Below are positions 1 to 9,985 of a DNA stretch of 64,000 bases, one piece after another. Location: contig JBGAWK010000009.1 in the NCBI GenBank assembly GCA_044227665.1, positions 2,592 through 66,591 of the forward strand, in the 5' to 3' direction. This stretch comes from Chitinophagales bacterium. Its GTDB lineage: Bacteria; Bacteroidota; Bacteroidia; Chitinophagales; JADIYW01. Numbering within the stretch: position 1 is the stretch's first letter; every line of letters starts with the position of its first letter. A program made the position numbers and the translations under genes. The notes beneath the pieces are model-generated. The model worked only from the letters and a program-made list of their open reading frames with translations, had not been told where the DNA came from and ran no database searches.

Positions 1-405
1 TGTAAAGGCAAACAAATGCTTATTGGTCTTTGGAAGCCAATCGTGATTAAATTTCCTAAACAACAAACCCAATAATATCCCACAAAACAAATAGGGCATC
101 AATAGGCGCAAGTAGGATACTTTGCCGTTAAATATGGCGATAATCTCAGAATTTTCTGTAAGCTTGGAATTAAAATATATCGCCGAGATAAACACAAAAA
201 ATGGTGCTAACATAAGTCCTATCCATGGAAAAAAATACATATAATATTCTAGTACTACCCTCTTCATGGTAAGCTCATCGTGGGAAAGAAAATTGTCAAT
301 TTTTTCCGTGAGGTCTATGATAAATGCTATCATAAGCAATAGTGCCACTACAAAGAGGAATGTAGTAAGAAACTTGCGTATGATATATCTGTCTATGATA
401 GTCAT
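1..405 (-). CDS. LptF/LptG (YjgP/YjgQ) family permease, N-terminal fragment; the gene continues past the window start
   Basis: Open-ended, so not in the ORF track. My minus-strand translation from ATG at 405 gives MTIIDRYIIRKFLTTFLFVVALLLMIAFIIDLTEKIDNFLSHDELT..., matching the typical N-terminus of Bacteroidota LptF/LptG permeases. The start overlaps the tgt stop as TAATG. Confidence 0.6.
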   Translation of the reverse strand, partial: MTIIDRYIIRKFLTTFLFVVALLLMIAFIIDLTEKIDNFLSHDELTMKRVVLEYYMYFFPWIGLMLAPFFVFISAIYFNSKLTENSEIIAIFNGKVSYLRLLMPYLFCGILLGLLFRKFNHDWLPKTNKHLFAFT

Positions 406-1535
406 TATAGTCTTCTACTGAGCTTGGGTATCATCTCCTGTTTCCAAGAATAAAAAGTTCCTTCTACGATATGCTTACGAGCCACCCCTACCAACCACAG
501 GTAAAAAGACAAATTGTGAATACTGGCTATCATTGGTCCCAGCATCTCACCGGCATAAAAAAGATGCCTCAAATACGCCTTACTGTGTCGGCTGCTCGTC
601 CTACACGGCAAAGAATCATCTATAGGCGAAAAATCATTTCTCCATTTTTGGTTTCTGATATTGATAATGCCTTGTGCCGTAAAAAGCTGCCCATTGCGTG
701 CATTGCGTGTAGGCATGACGCAATCAAACATATCTATGCCCAACGCTATGCTCTCCAAGATATTGGCAGGCGTACCCACACCCATGAGGTAGCGAGGCTT
801 ATCCTTAGGCAGGATATCACAGACCAATGCGGTCATAGCATACATATCTTCAGCAGGTTCGCCTACGGAAAGTCCCCCTATAGCATAGGCAAAGCTATCT
901 TTCGACGCTATATATTCTGCCGAAATCTTTCGCAAGTCGGGATATACGCTGCCCTGCACTATGGGCAGTAATGCTTGCTCATAGCCATATAAAGGCGATG
1001 TTTGTCCAAATGTGGTCACACATCTATCGAGCCAACGGTGGGTAAGCTCCATAGATTTTTTGGCATAGCGATATTCGCAAGGATAAGGCGTACATTCGTC
1101 AAATGCCATGATAAAATCTGCGCCTATCTGTCGCTGAATATCCATGACTCTTTCAGGAGAAAAAAGATGACGGCTACCATCAATATGACTTTGGAATAGT
1201 GTACCTTCTTCTGTAATTTTTCTTTTGCCACTAAGCGAAAAAACTTGATAGCCTCCACTATCTGTAAGTATAGGCTTTTGCCATGAATTGAAGCGGTGAA
1301 GACCTCCTGCGGCTTGCAGCAGCTCTGTACCGGGACGTAAGTATAGGTGATAGGTGTTGCCCAAAATTATTTGCGCAGCGACATCATCTTCAAGCTCATC
1401 AAAATGTACCGCCTTCACAGTACCTGCCGTACCTACAGGCATAAATATTGGCGTGAGTATATCTCCGTGGTCGGTAGAAATTAGACCTGCGCGTGCAGAA
1501 GAATTATTATCTCTATAGTGTATGTCGAATCGCAA
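405..1535 (-). CDS. tgt: queuine tRNA-ribosyltransferase (tRNA-guanine transglycosylase)
   Basis: 376-aa ORF with FMPVGTAGTVKAV, LGNTYHLYLRPG, TDSGGYQVFSL and AFDECTP motifs. The only in-frame start is TTG at 1535, with a TAA two codons upstream. Confidence 0.95.
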   Translation of the reverse strand: MRFDIHYRDNNSSARAGLISTDHGDILTPIFMPVGTAGTVKAVHFDELEDDVAAQIILGNTYHLYLRPGTELLQAAGGLHRFNSWQKPILTDSGGYQVFSLSGKRKITEEGTLFQSHIDGSRHLFSPERVMDIQRQIGADFIMAFDECTPYPCEYRYAKKSMELTHRWLDRCVTTFGQTSPLYGYEQALLPIVQGSVYPDLRKISAEYIASKDSFAYAIGGLSVGEPAEDMYAMTALVCDILPKDKPRYLMGVGTPANILESIALGIDMFDCVMPTRNARNGQLFTAQGIINIRNQKWRNDFSPIDDSLPCRTSSRHSKAYLRHLFYAGEMLGPMIASIHNLSFYLWLVGVARKHIVEGTFYSWKQEMIPKLSRRL

Positions 1536-1565
1536 AAGTTCTTATTTTGTCGCTAAAATACGCCT

Positions 1566-2648
1566 TTGGTCTTTTTATTATCCATATTTATAACGAGTTT
1601 TTGCTTTCAGATGGCATACTTACTATGGATAAACGACAAACTATCCTTCCAAAGACACTACCGAGACTCATATTTTACTGACAAAATCACCCTCATCATT
1701 TGTGCTAAAAATGAAAGTCAACACCTGAAAGCGCATTTACATACGTGGCTCTCATTGGAGCATATAGATTACACTTTACTGCTTGTAGATGATGGCTCTA
1801 CCGATGATACCGCAATCTTCCTCCAAGGCATCCAGCATCCGAGATTGCAATATATGTATATCTCTGCTGAGGAGAAAATTGGGAAAGGAAAAAAATATGC
1901 ACTCCAGAAAGGTATAGACCTAGCTAATACAGAATGGGTGCTGCTTACCGACGCAGACTGCTTACCTTATAGCCCTTTATGGGCTGCCCAGATGATGCGT
2001 AAAGCCTCAGCAAATGAGGTGATTTTGGGGGTTAGCCCTTACAAGCATCACTCTTCGGGACTACTGGCCTACCTTATAGATTATGAGACTATGCTCACTG
2101 CAATACAATATGGCGCTTGGGCATCGGCTGGCGTACCCTATATGGGCGTAGGTAGGAATATGGCTTACAAAAAAAACCTCATCCAGCACATAGATGCTGC
2201 GCACTACTATGCTTCTGCCTCTGGAGATGATGATATCTTTATCCAACATATCTCCGATAAAGCAAGATTTACAACAGCTCTAGAGCTAGAAAGCAGAACC
2301 TTCAGCTATGCACCTAAAGATTTCAATACATGGATACGTCAGAAAACCCGCCATTACAGTACGGGCTTCCAATATAAATTTTTGCATCAACTTGGACTGG
2401 GAGCTTTCATCTTCACCAAAGTAGGAATACATAGTATCGGCATAATTCTGCTGTTACAGCTTTCTACTTATGCCCTAGTCTATGCTATCTACTTATGTAT
2501 AAATTCTTTTATGCTCATTTTTATAAATAAAAAAATAAAGATGCCCCTTAACAACAATTGGCTTTTTATTACCGACTTTCTGATGGCTTATTTATATGTA
2601 TTTTTAGGCATAAAAAGCAGGTTCTCAAAATCAGAAAGGTGGAAATAG
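1566..2648 (+). CDS. family 2 glycosyltransferase, membrane-anchored
   Basis: N-terminal TM helix followed by LIICAKNE...LLLVDDGSTDDT...LLTDADC (DXD), with C-terminal TM helices. The track start is TTG at 1566 and the first ATG is at 1611, so the start is uncertain. Confidence 0.8.
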   Translation: MVFLLSIFITSFCFQMAYLLWINDKLSFQRHYRDSYFTDKITLIICAKNESQHLKAHLHTWLSLEHIDYTLLLVDDGSTDDTAIFLQGIQHPRLQYMYISAEEKIGKGKKYALQKGIDLANTEWVLLTDADCLPYSPLWAAQMMRKASANEVILGVSPYKHHSSGLLAYLIDYETMLTAIQYGAWASAGVPYMGVGRNMAYKKNLIQHIDAAHYYASASGDDDIFIQHISDKARFTTALELESRTFSYAPKDFNTWIRQKTRHYSTGFQYKFLHQLGLGAFIFTKVGIHSIGIILLLQLSTYALVYAIYLCINSFMLIFINKKIKMPLNNNWLFITDFLMAYLYVFLGIKSRFSKSERWK

Positions 2649-3211
2649 TATTATCAGAACTCATAAAAAAAGCCAAAGCCGGGGACAGCAAGTCGCTCAA
2701 CACCTTATTATTGCTATACAAGAGACCCTTATTGCATACCTTAGAAAGAATAGTAAGAAACAGAGAAGATGCCGAAGACATCCTCATTATCACTTTGCAA
2801 AAGGCATATCTCAATTTCGACAAATTTGAACATACGCACGCTTTCTCGACATGGCTTTTTAAGATAGGCTCTAATACGGCTATAGATTTTCTGCGTAGAA
2901 AGAACAACCTACATCAATCTGTAAATAGAGATACGCATCAAGGTATAGACATACTGCAAAGCCAAGCCACCAATTATGATAATCCAGAAGAATCTTTTGA
3001 AAGGCAGCAAAAAATTTCGATAATGAAAATCCTTATCAACAAACTTTCGGATGAAGATAGGCAGCTTATCCTATGGCGATATAGCGACGAACTCACTTAT
3101 GAAGAAATAGCTACACAACTGAATATACCTGTGGGCACCATAAAAGCGAGGTTATTTAGAATCAGGAAATTGCTATTGCGCTGGATAGAAATGGCTTTCA
3201 AAGAATTATAG
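2639..3211 (+). CDS. RNA polymerase sigma-70 factor, ECF subfamily
   Basis: Region 2 is EDAEDILIITLQKAYLNFDKFEHTHAFSTWLFKIGSNTAIDFLRRK and the region 4 HTH is LTYEEIATQLNIPVGTIKARLFRIRKLL. The track N-terminus (2558) lies inside the GT2 gene. GTG at 2639 overlaps the GT2 stop (GTGGAAATAG). Confidence 0.8.
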   Translation: MEIVLSELIKKAKAGDSKSLNTLLLLYKRPLLHTLERIVRNREDAEDILIITLQKAYLNFDKFEHTHAFSTWLFKIGSNTAIDFLRRKNNLHQSVNRDTHQGIDILQSQATNYDNPEESFERQQKISIMKILINKLSDEDRQLILWRYSDELTYEEIATQLNIPVGTIKARLFRIRKLLLRWIEMAFKEL

Positions 3212-3329
3212 AAGTTATTAATAATAAAATTTCTTCTCTTTTTGGAAATATTTTTAAACAAAAAACCTTTATAGGCATTAACATATATAAGTATCTTTAC
3301 AATCTCGTAATATTAAAATTTATATAATC

Positions 3330-4595
3330 ATGTCTGGAGAAAAAATCACAATGAAAGACGGCGTACTACAAGTACCCAATCATCCTGTAATACCATTTAT
3401 TGAGGGCGATGGCATAGGTCCCGATATATGGGCTGCTTCCGTAAAAGTATTTGATGCTGCTGTAGAAAAAGCTTATGGTGGGAAAAGAAAAATACAGTGG
3501 TTGGAAGTATTGACCGGAGAGAAGGCATTTAAGCTCACAGGAGAGTGGCTTCCCAATGATACTTTGGAACAATTAAAGACATATAGCGTATCCATAAAAG
3601 GTCCTCTCACTACACCTGTAGGTGGTGGCATACGCTCACTAAATGTAGCACTAAGACAAATATTGGATCTCTACGCTTGCGTGAGACCCGTACGCTACTT
3701 CAAGGGTGTCCCTTCCAACAGCACCTGCCCCGAAAAAGTGGACATGGTCATCTTCCGTGAAAATACTGAAGATATATATGCCGGCATAGAATACCTTACA
3801 GGAACTGATGATTGTAAAAAGGTAGTGGACTTCCTCCAAAATACTATGGGGGTAAATAAAATAAGATTCCCCGAAAGTTCCTCCATAGGGATAAAACCTG
3901 TATCCATAGAAGGTTCTGAAAGACTGATTCGTGCCGCCATAAAATATGCCATAGAGGAAAAACGCTCTTCTGTAACATTGGTACATAAAGGCAATATCAT
4001 GAAGTTTACTGAAGGAAAATTCAAGGAGTGGGGCTATACGCTGGCAGAGCGTGAATTTGGCGACCATGTGTTTACATGGATGCAGTATGATGAAATTGCT
4101 GCCGACGAAGGTACAAAAGCTGCCAATGCAGCCATGGATAAGGCTGTAGCTGACGGCAAGATTATCATCAAAGATGCTATTGCAGACAACTTTTTACAGC
4201 AGATTATCCTACGTCCTGATGAATATGATGTGATTGCTACGCTAAACCTCAATGGTGACTATATCTCTGATGCACTTGCAGCATTGGTAGGCGGTATCGG
4301 TATTGCGCCTGGTGCTAACATCAACTATGTTACTGGCATGGCAGTATTTGAAGCTACACACGGCACGGCACCAAAATATGCAGGACAAGATAAGGTGAAC
4401 CCTAGTTCTGTAATACTTTCTGGGGTGATGATGCTTGACTATATGGGCTGGAAAGAAGCCGCTAGTCTTATCGTTCAGGGAATAGAAAAGTCTATAGCAC
4501 AGAAACGTGTTACCTATGACTTCCACAGACTAATGGATGGTGCTACCTTACTGAAATGCTCAGAATTTGGCGATGCCATCATAGAAAATATGTGA
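3330..4595 (+). CDS. icd: NADP-dependent isocitrate dehydrogenase
   Basis: 421 aa with [37 protein letters not shown] and [26 protein letters not shown]. It is collinear with prokaryotic Icd. Confidence 0.95.
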   Translation: MSGEKITMKDGVLQVPNHPVIPFIEGDGIGPDIWAASVKVFDAAVEKAYGGKRKIQWLEVLTGEKAFKLTGEWLPNDTLEQLKTYSVSIKGPLTTPVGGGIRSLNVALRQILDLYACVRPVRYFKGVPSNSTCPEKVDMVIFRENTEDIYAGIEYLTGTDDCKKVVDFLQNTMGVNKIRFPESSSIGIKPVSIEGSERLIRAAIKYAIEEKRSSVTLVHKGNIMKFTEGKFKEWGYTLAEREFGDHVFTWMQYDEIAADEGTKAANAAMDKAVADGKIIIKDAIADNFLQQIILRPDEYDVIATLNLNGDYISDALAALVGGIGIAPGANINYVTGMAVFEATHGTAPKYAGQDKVNPSSVILSGVMMLDYMGWKEAASLIVQGIEKSIAQKRVTYDFHRLMDGATLLKCSEFGDAIIENM

Positions 4596-4616
4596 TAATA
4601 TATTTATCTTTTGTAT

Positions 4617-4649
4617 AAAAATGCCGATATTATAGTATCGGCATTTTTA
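4617..4649. terminator. bidirectional intrinsic terminator between convergent icd and the integrase-like gene
   Basis: AAAA-ATGCCGATA-ttatag-TATCGGCAT-TTTT: a 9-bp perfect stem flanked by an A-run and a T-run. Confidence 0.65.
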
Positions 4650-4663
4650 TTTCCCTACACACT

Positions 4664-5593
4664 CTATGCTATACGCATCTGATGTAACTGTAGTCCATAG
4701 CTTATCCTTGTAGTATATTTGCCTATTACCCTTTTAATTCCTGCTTTTTTTACGGCAGTATTTATCACGACTTGCAACATTCTGAGACTCAATTCGGATT
4801 CTTTGCCATTTTCAAAAAGATACTCTTTTGGTTTTGCATCTTCCAAATATGCTTGAAGTTCTACCATAGTCTCATTACTAAATGTGATAACACGGTGCGG
4901 CAGCATTAATTGCCCTTCTGATAAATCCAAATCTCTCACTTTTATTTTCACAATAGCAACAGGAGCTATGCTATACTTCAGGACAAATACTATCATTAGT
5001 TTATTTCTGCCCTCTTCCCCTTGCTCAATAATGCTTTCTATTTCATTGACGGTAAGTGGCTGCACGCGCGGGGATCTTTGCGGATTAGGAAGATATTTGA
5101 GAAAATCTGTTTTTCCTAATATTTTCTCATAAAAGAATTTTATAGAATTTATACGACTAAAAAGGGTGACTTCAGAATTTTTATAATATTCGATACACTT
5201 TAGAAGATAGTTTCTGATATCCTCCAAAGTAAAAGTAGAAACATCACGTTCACTATTTTGAGACAAAAATTGACAAAACTCGTGGATATACGTTTTTTTT
5301 GTATTTAATATGGTTCCTTTATGTTTCAGTGCATCCAAGTAAAGACCCATATTTTTAGCATTCATACCTTTTACCCGATTTCTATATACTTCATCTATAT
5401 CTAATACATTACCCATACCGAATTGCTTAGCATTCTCAGCTGTATATGGAATATACCAGCATCTCAAACTACCACTATACTTAGCCTCTTTAATACTTTT
5501 TACATAATCAAGCGTAGCCTTATCGTAGGCAAACTGTAGTGTAATAATTTCCTTGCCGAATTGCACTTCTTTCTTTGCCGTTATTTTGTTCAT
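4664..5593 (-). CDS. tyrosine recombinase/integrase-like protein, truncated and lacking catalytic residues
   Basis: 309 aa. It has an N-terminal KxxYD...W..IPY domain seen in Bacteroidota integrases and a SAM-like core-binding region (TKKTYIHEFCQFLS...INSIKFFYEKILGK). The catalytic domain stops after GKYTTRISYGLQLHQ, which aligns to the HxLRH region. Box I Arg is replaced (LKYSIAPVA) and there is no LLGH...Y nucleophile segment. Confidence 0.6.
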   Translation of the reverse strand: MNKITAKKEVQFGKEIITLQFAYDKATLDYVKSIKEAKYSGSLRCWYIPYTAENAKQFGMGNVLDIDEVYRNRVKGMNAKNMGLYLDALKHKGTILNTKKTYIHEFCQFLSQNSERDVSTFTLEDIRNYLLKCIEYYKNSEVTLFSRINSIKFFYEKILGKTDFLKYLPNPQRSPRVQPLTVNEIESIIEQGEEGRNKLMIVFVLKYSIAPVAIVKIKVRDLDLSEGQLMLPHRVITFSNETMVELQAYLEDAKPKEYLFENGKESELSLRMLQVVINTAVKKAGIKRVIGKYTTRISYGLQLHQMRIA

Positions 5594-5624
5594 AAAACAA
5601 AGATATATATAAAATACGTAAAAA

Positions 5625-6035
5625 CTATTTCTCTAAGATATAAGCACAACCCTTATATACAAGTGTATCTAAGGCTAATATGGCACTATAAGCATACATT
5701 CTATCAGACATCCCGTCACTACATATTTCTGTGCGCATATCAATATTTATATTATGTGATTGAAACACAAAATTTGTATCGCTATCTATTTTGCGAATAG
5801 CGTATTGGGAAATACTTACACCCTCTGCATTACTATAATGTAAGGTATCTCCTATTATATCACAAGACCAAAAAGGCTCTGTGCCTATGATTCTATAATT
5901 AGCAGGACTGTCCCGCACCATTTCTTTATTATCCCCAAGGGGCTTCTCCTCGCTAATATCAGTAGTCGGCTTCTGCGCACATGAATACATACTCAGTAAG
6001 ATAATGGCCATGATATTATAGTACCAATATATCAT
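5625..6035 (-). CDS. small putative lipoprotein, function unknown
   Basis: 136 aa with a lipobox-like LSMYSC near the N-terminus and GTEPFWSC and CSDGMSD...KGC motifs. From memory these resemble a COG3650-type family. The ATG overlaps the upstream stop (ATGA). Confidence 0.55.
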   Translation of the reverse strand: MIYWYYNIMAIILLSMYSCAQKPTTDISEEKPLGDNKEMVRDSPANYRIIGTEPFWSCDIIGDTLHYSNAEGVSISQYAIRKIDSDTNFVFQSHNINIDMRTEICSDGMSDRMYAYSAILALDTLVYKGCAYILEK

Positions 6036-6709
6036 CTCCTGCCACCTAATCCAAATCCAAAGTTCACCTGAAGAATAAGCGGCAACGAGGAATTGAAAGT
6101 ACCCTGATACACAGATTCATTACTATTAATCACATCATAGAGTAACATAATATTCATCTGTCCTGCATTGCCCATGGGGACATTGTACCCCCCGCCCAGC
6201 AGCAGATGCGAGACATTGACTCTTTTATCATAGTAATACGAGTCCTTATTAATGAGTACATACTGACCATATACATTCAACCCTCTCCACACATTATATT
6301 GCACATAAGCATTACCCCCATAGAATAAAGAGCGAAAGGGAGCAGAATAGTAGTTTACACCATTTATGGTATATGTTTGGGTATTTCTTTGACTGAAATA
6401 ATTAAAATTCACACCTCCTCCTACCAAAAATTTATCCTTAATGACATAATAGCCAAATTGTGGCGATAAATTGATTTGCGTTACATTGCCGAACTGAAGC
6501 CCAAACCCCCCTCCGATACGGGCTCTACTCCAATCGAACTTTCTGTCATCTCCATCTTGTTTATCTTCCATATTCTCAGGAGTGGCAGTCTCCTCAGTAG
6601 TATTTTTTTCTCTGTTGCGCGACTTGGAATAGTCCTCTTCCTGAGCATACGCTGTACCCAAAAAGCAGAACATGTATATTAATGCCAAAATATTTCTCAG
6701 GATGTACAT
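6032..6709 (-). CDS. putative small outer-membrane beta-barrel protein
   Basis: Trimmed to ATG 6709, where MYILRNILALIYMFCFLGTAYAQ forms a signal peptide. An acidic linker follows, then alternating aromatic/Gly-rich strands. The longer track ORF (to 6886) overlaps the divergent DPP-IV gene. Confidence 0.55.
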   Translation of the reverse strand: MYILRNILALIYMFCFLGTAYAQEEDYSKSRNREKNTTEETATPENMEDKQDGDDRKFDWSRARIGGGFGLQFGNVTQINLSPQFGYYVIKDKFLVGGGVNFNYFSQRNTQTYTINGVNYYSAPFRSLFYGGNAYVQYNVWRGLNVYGQYVLINKDSYYYDKRVNVSHLLLGGGYNVPMGNAGQMNIMLLYDVINSNESVYQGTFNSSLPLILQVNFGFGLGGRR

Positions 6710-6740
6710 TAGTAGTATTTTTGAATGATAAACGAAAATA

Positions 6741-8858
6741 ATGCCAAAAAAAATATTATTTACTCTTATTATAGTTATTTTATGGGTAAATCTAGGTGCA
6801 CAGTCATTATCCCTTGATAATATTTTCATACAAAACAAATACCGATGTGCCGTATTAGATGATTTTAGATTATATAATGACACCAATTATATAGGTATAG
6901 AAGCTAATAATCTAATATGCCGGAGCTTTAAGGACACATCAGTACACCATATATTGGTAAGTAGCAAGGTAGTAACGGCAAAATTACAGCTTAAAAAATG
7001 GAAATTAGATGATTATGATAAATTAGGTGATGGATTATTTATGCTCAAAATCAATGCAGAACCTATATATAGGCGTTCCGTCCAGTACCAATATGCATTA
7101 TACGACAGCAAAACCCACAGCATATTATGGTACAGCCCCGAAAAAGTCATGTATGCAGAAGCCTCCCCGGATTGCAGGTATATTACTTATGTCAAGGACT
7201 ATAATATGTATATGTATGATATTAAAAGCAAAAAAAATAAGGCTATCACCACTACCGGAACATTCAATGAGCTGCAATACGGCATGTCAGACTGGATGTA
7301 TGAAGAAGAATTCTATCTCACACAGGCATACAGCTGGAATAATTCCAGCACGAAGATCGCCTATCTGTCTTTTGATATCAGCGAGATAAAAACTTTTTCC
7401 TATACACAGGAAAATTCATCCATCTATCCAGAAACTGTAAGCCTGAAATATCCTAAAGCCGGAGAGCCTATAGCAAGCGTGCATCTTCATATATATGATA
7501 TAAAAAAGAAGAAAACACTATCTTTACCTATCTCCAAAGACTATTATGTACCCAAAATTTTCTGGAAAAACGACGATGAGATAGCCTATCTCTATATGCC
7601 ACGGATGCAAAACGAGTTATATGTACGCACTTGGGATGGCATCACAGAGCAGACACTATACAAAGAAACTTCCAACACTTTCATAGAACTACCTTTGGCA
7701 GCTGAATTTGACAAAGAGGAGTCCCTAATCATCACGAGTAACCAAAGCAACTATTGTCACTTATACTTAGTAAAAGCTGGCAAGCCCCTGCAAGTTACCT
7801 CCGGCAATTACAATGTAACACAGTATTATGGCTATTTTTCCGAAGAAGATAAAGTACTATTCCAAAGCAACGAACCCCTACAGGTAGATAAATCCATATA
7901 TTTTGTAAATATATATTCTAAACAAAAAAATAGAATCACGCCACATTCAGGCACTTACAACCTCAAGAAAATAGGCAATAAATACTTAGTCCTAGATTAT
8001 TCCTCGTCATACATCCCTCACAAGTACTATCTTACAGATTATCAGGGGAATATTTTAAGTATATTACAAGACAATGACAGTCTCAAGGATATCTTACCTT
8101 CGGAAAAAGCGTTCTTCTACGTACAAAAAGATGATTACAGTCTCCCATCCTACTATATACTTCCTCCCAATTATGACAGTACCCAGCAATATCCGCTTCT
8201 CGTATATTGCTATGGCGGGCCTAGTGGAGAGGAAGTAACCAACGAATGGCAGGAAGGACGCAACCTATGGCTATATTACATGGCAGAGCAAGGCTATATT
8301 ATTGCGTGTACCGACAATAGAGGTGTCGGCAATATTGACAAGACCTCCAATACAGCCATTTACGGAAAACTTGGCACTTACGAAGTTGAAGACCAAGCGG
8401 ACATGGTAGTCCTCATGACTCAAAAATTTAATATAGATACAGGCAACATAAATATTTTTGGCTGGAGCTATGGTGGCTACCTAGCTGCCAAATGCCTTAT
8501 GGAACGTCCTGACATCTTCAAGAAGGCGGTAGCAATAGCACCAGTTACAGACTGGAAGTTCTATGATGCCGCTTATACCGAAAGATATATGGGCTTACCT
8601 TTATGGAATACTAAAGGCTATGAGAATGCCTCACTCCTCCATAATACTTATAAAATACAGGGCAAGTTATTGCTAATACACGGTACTGCCGACGACAATG
8701 TACACTTCCAGAATACGCTGGCATTCATTCAAGAGCTCCAAAAACAACAAAAAGATTTTCAGATAATGATATATTCAGATAAAAATCATAGTATAGCAGG
8801 AACTTTTACAAGATATCATCTGTTTAAGACGATTGGTGATTTTATTATGCATAAGTAA
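6741..8858 (+). CDS. dipeptidyl-peptidase IV (S9B prolyl oligopeptidase family)
   Basis: 705 aa with a signal peptide, a DPP-IV N-terminal propeller region, the catalytic GWSYGGY, and the later HGTADDNVHFQN Asp/His region. Confidence 0.9.
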   Translation: MPKKILFTLIIVILWVNLGAQSLSLDNIFIQNKYRCAVLDDFRLYNDTNYIGIEANNLICRSFKDTSVHHILVSSKVVTAKLQLKKWKLDDYDKLGDGLFMLKINAEPIYRRSVQYQYALYDSKTHSILWYSPEKVMYAEASPDCRYITYVKDYNMYMYDIKSKKNKAITTTGTFNELQYGMSDWMYEEEFYLTQAYSWNNSSTKIAYLSFDISEIKTFSYTQENSSIYPETVSLKYPKAGEPIASVHLHIYDIKKKKTLSLPISKDYYVPKIFWKNDDEIAYLYMPRMQNELYVRTWDGITEQTLYKETSNTFIELPLAAEFDKEESLIITSNQSNYCHLYLVKAGKPLQVTSGNYNVTQYYGYFSEEDKVLFQSNEPLQVDKSIYFVNIYSKQKNRITPHSGTYNLKKIGNKYLVLDYSSSYIPHKYYLTDYQGNILSILQDNDSLKDILPSEKAFFYVQKDDYSLPSYYILPPNYDSTQQYPLLVYCYGGPSGEEVTNEWQEGRNLWLYYMAEQGYIIACTDNRGVGNIDKTSNTAIYGKLGTYEVEDQADMVVLMTQKFNIDTGNINIFGWSYGGYLAAKCLMERPDIFKKAVAIAPVTDWKFYDAAYTERYMGLPLWNTKGYENASLLHNTYKIQGKLLLIHGTADDNVHFQNTLAFIQELQKQQKDFQIMIYSDKNHSIAGTFTRYHLFKTIGDFIMHK

Positions 8859-8929
8859 ACCACAATAGTGGGAATCTTATATTTTTTGCCATGATAGTAT
8901 TGACAATATTTTTGTAACAAATTTATTAT

Positions 8930-9958
8930 ATGAAAAAAGTAATTTATTCGATGATGCTTGCATGCCTAAGCGTAGGTATGCTACAAGGACAGACAGTTCC
9001 TAAAGAAAATGCTAAAACTGCTGATGATGCTAAAAAAATGAAAGAAAATCCGGATGGATGGAAAGTAGGTGGCACCGGCTCCCTAACTTTCAACCAAGTA
9101 GGACTTAAAAACTGGGCCGCAGGTGGAGATCCTTCTATCTCTTTTCTTTTTTTAGCCACGCCTTATGCCGATTTCAAAAGCGGCAAACACCTATGGCAGA
9201 ATCGTCTAGGCGCAGAATATGGCTTGCAAAAAATTCGCAAAGAACCTTTCAGGAAAAATAGCGACCGCCTAGAGCTTTTTACGAAGTATGGCTATCAAAT
9301 TACCAATGACGGGAAATGGTATATAGGGGCTTATACCAATATAAAATCACAGTTTACTAAGACCAAAGACTATGCGGCCGCAAACCAACCTGTGATATCC
9401 AAATTCGCTAACCCCATGTATGTAGAAACAGCCTTGGGTATTGATTATATCCCCAATGACAAGTTTTCTCTATTTATGTCTCCAATAGCGGCCAAAATGA
9501 CTATAGTCTCCGATGACTCTATTGCCATACGCAACCTCTATGGTAATGACGTAAATCCTAGTGATGGCAAAATCCAAAATTTCAGAGCAGAAGCAGGCTT
9601 CTCGGCAATAGCCACTTACAAGCAAGAGGTAGTAAAAAACGTAACCGTATTATCTACACTCAAACTCTATAAGGATTACCTACACACCGTAGATTACAAA
9701 GGAGACAAAGCAAATATATTTGCAGATATAGATATGGACTGGCAAACTACTATAGGTATGAAAGTAAACAAATATATTACTGCCAATGTCTTCACGCACT
9801 TAATATGGGATAACGACATGGCTACTCCAGATTATAATGATAATGATGTAGTTACTGGTAGTAGTGCCAAGATACAGTTCAAAGACGTAATAGGCGTGGG
9901 TCTGTCATACTCTATGGCTAAGACCTATGAGAAAGGTGCGCAACCTCAAGAAAAATAA
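8930..9958 (+). CDS. DUF3078 domain-containing outer-membrane protein
   Basis: 342 aa with a signal peptide and GWKVGGTGSLTFNQVGLKNWAAGGDPSISF, characteristic of DUF3078. Confidence 0.75.
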   Translation: MKKVIYSMMLACLSVGMLQGQTVPKENAKTADDAKKMKENPDGWKVGGTGSLTFNQVGLKNWAAGGDPSISFLFLATPYADFKSGKHLWQNRLGAEYGLQKIRKEPFRKNSDRLELFTKYGYQITNDGKWYIGAYTNIKSQFTKTKDYAAANQPVISKFANPMYVETALGIDYIPNDKFSLFMSPIAAKMTIVSDDSIAIRNLYGNDVNPSDGKIQNFRAEAGFSAIATYKQEVVKNVTVLSTLKLYKDYLHTVDYKGDKANIFADIDMDWQTTIGMKVNKYITANVFTHLIWDNDMATPDYNDNDVVTGSSAKIQFKDVIGVGLSYSMAKTYEKGAQPQEK

Positions 9959-9985
9959 TATCATCTTATAATTAAATATAAAATC

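Noticed and set aside
471-971. 166-aa plus-strand ORF inside tgt, and similar ORFs at 1002-1199 and 1493-1681
   Set aside because: It is antisense to a strongly supported conserved gene, its composition is Arg/Ile/Cys-rich and low-complexity, and it has no recognisable motif. It is a shadow ORF.
6710-6886. N-terminal 59-codon extension of the 6032-6886 ORF
   Set aside because: The extension overlaps the divergent DPP-IV gene. The internal ATG at 6709 yields a clean signal peptide.
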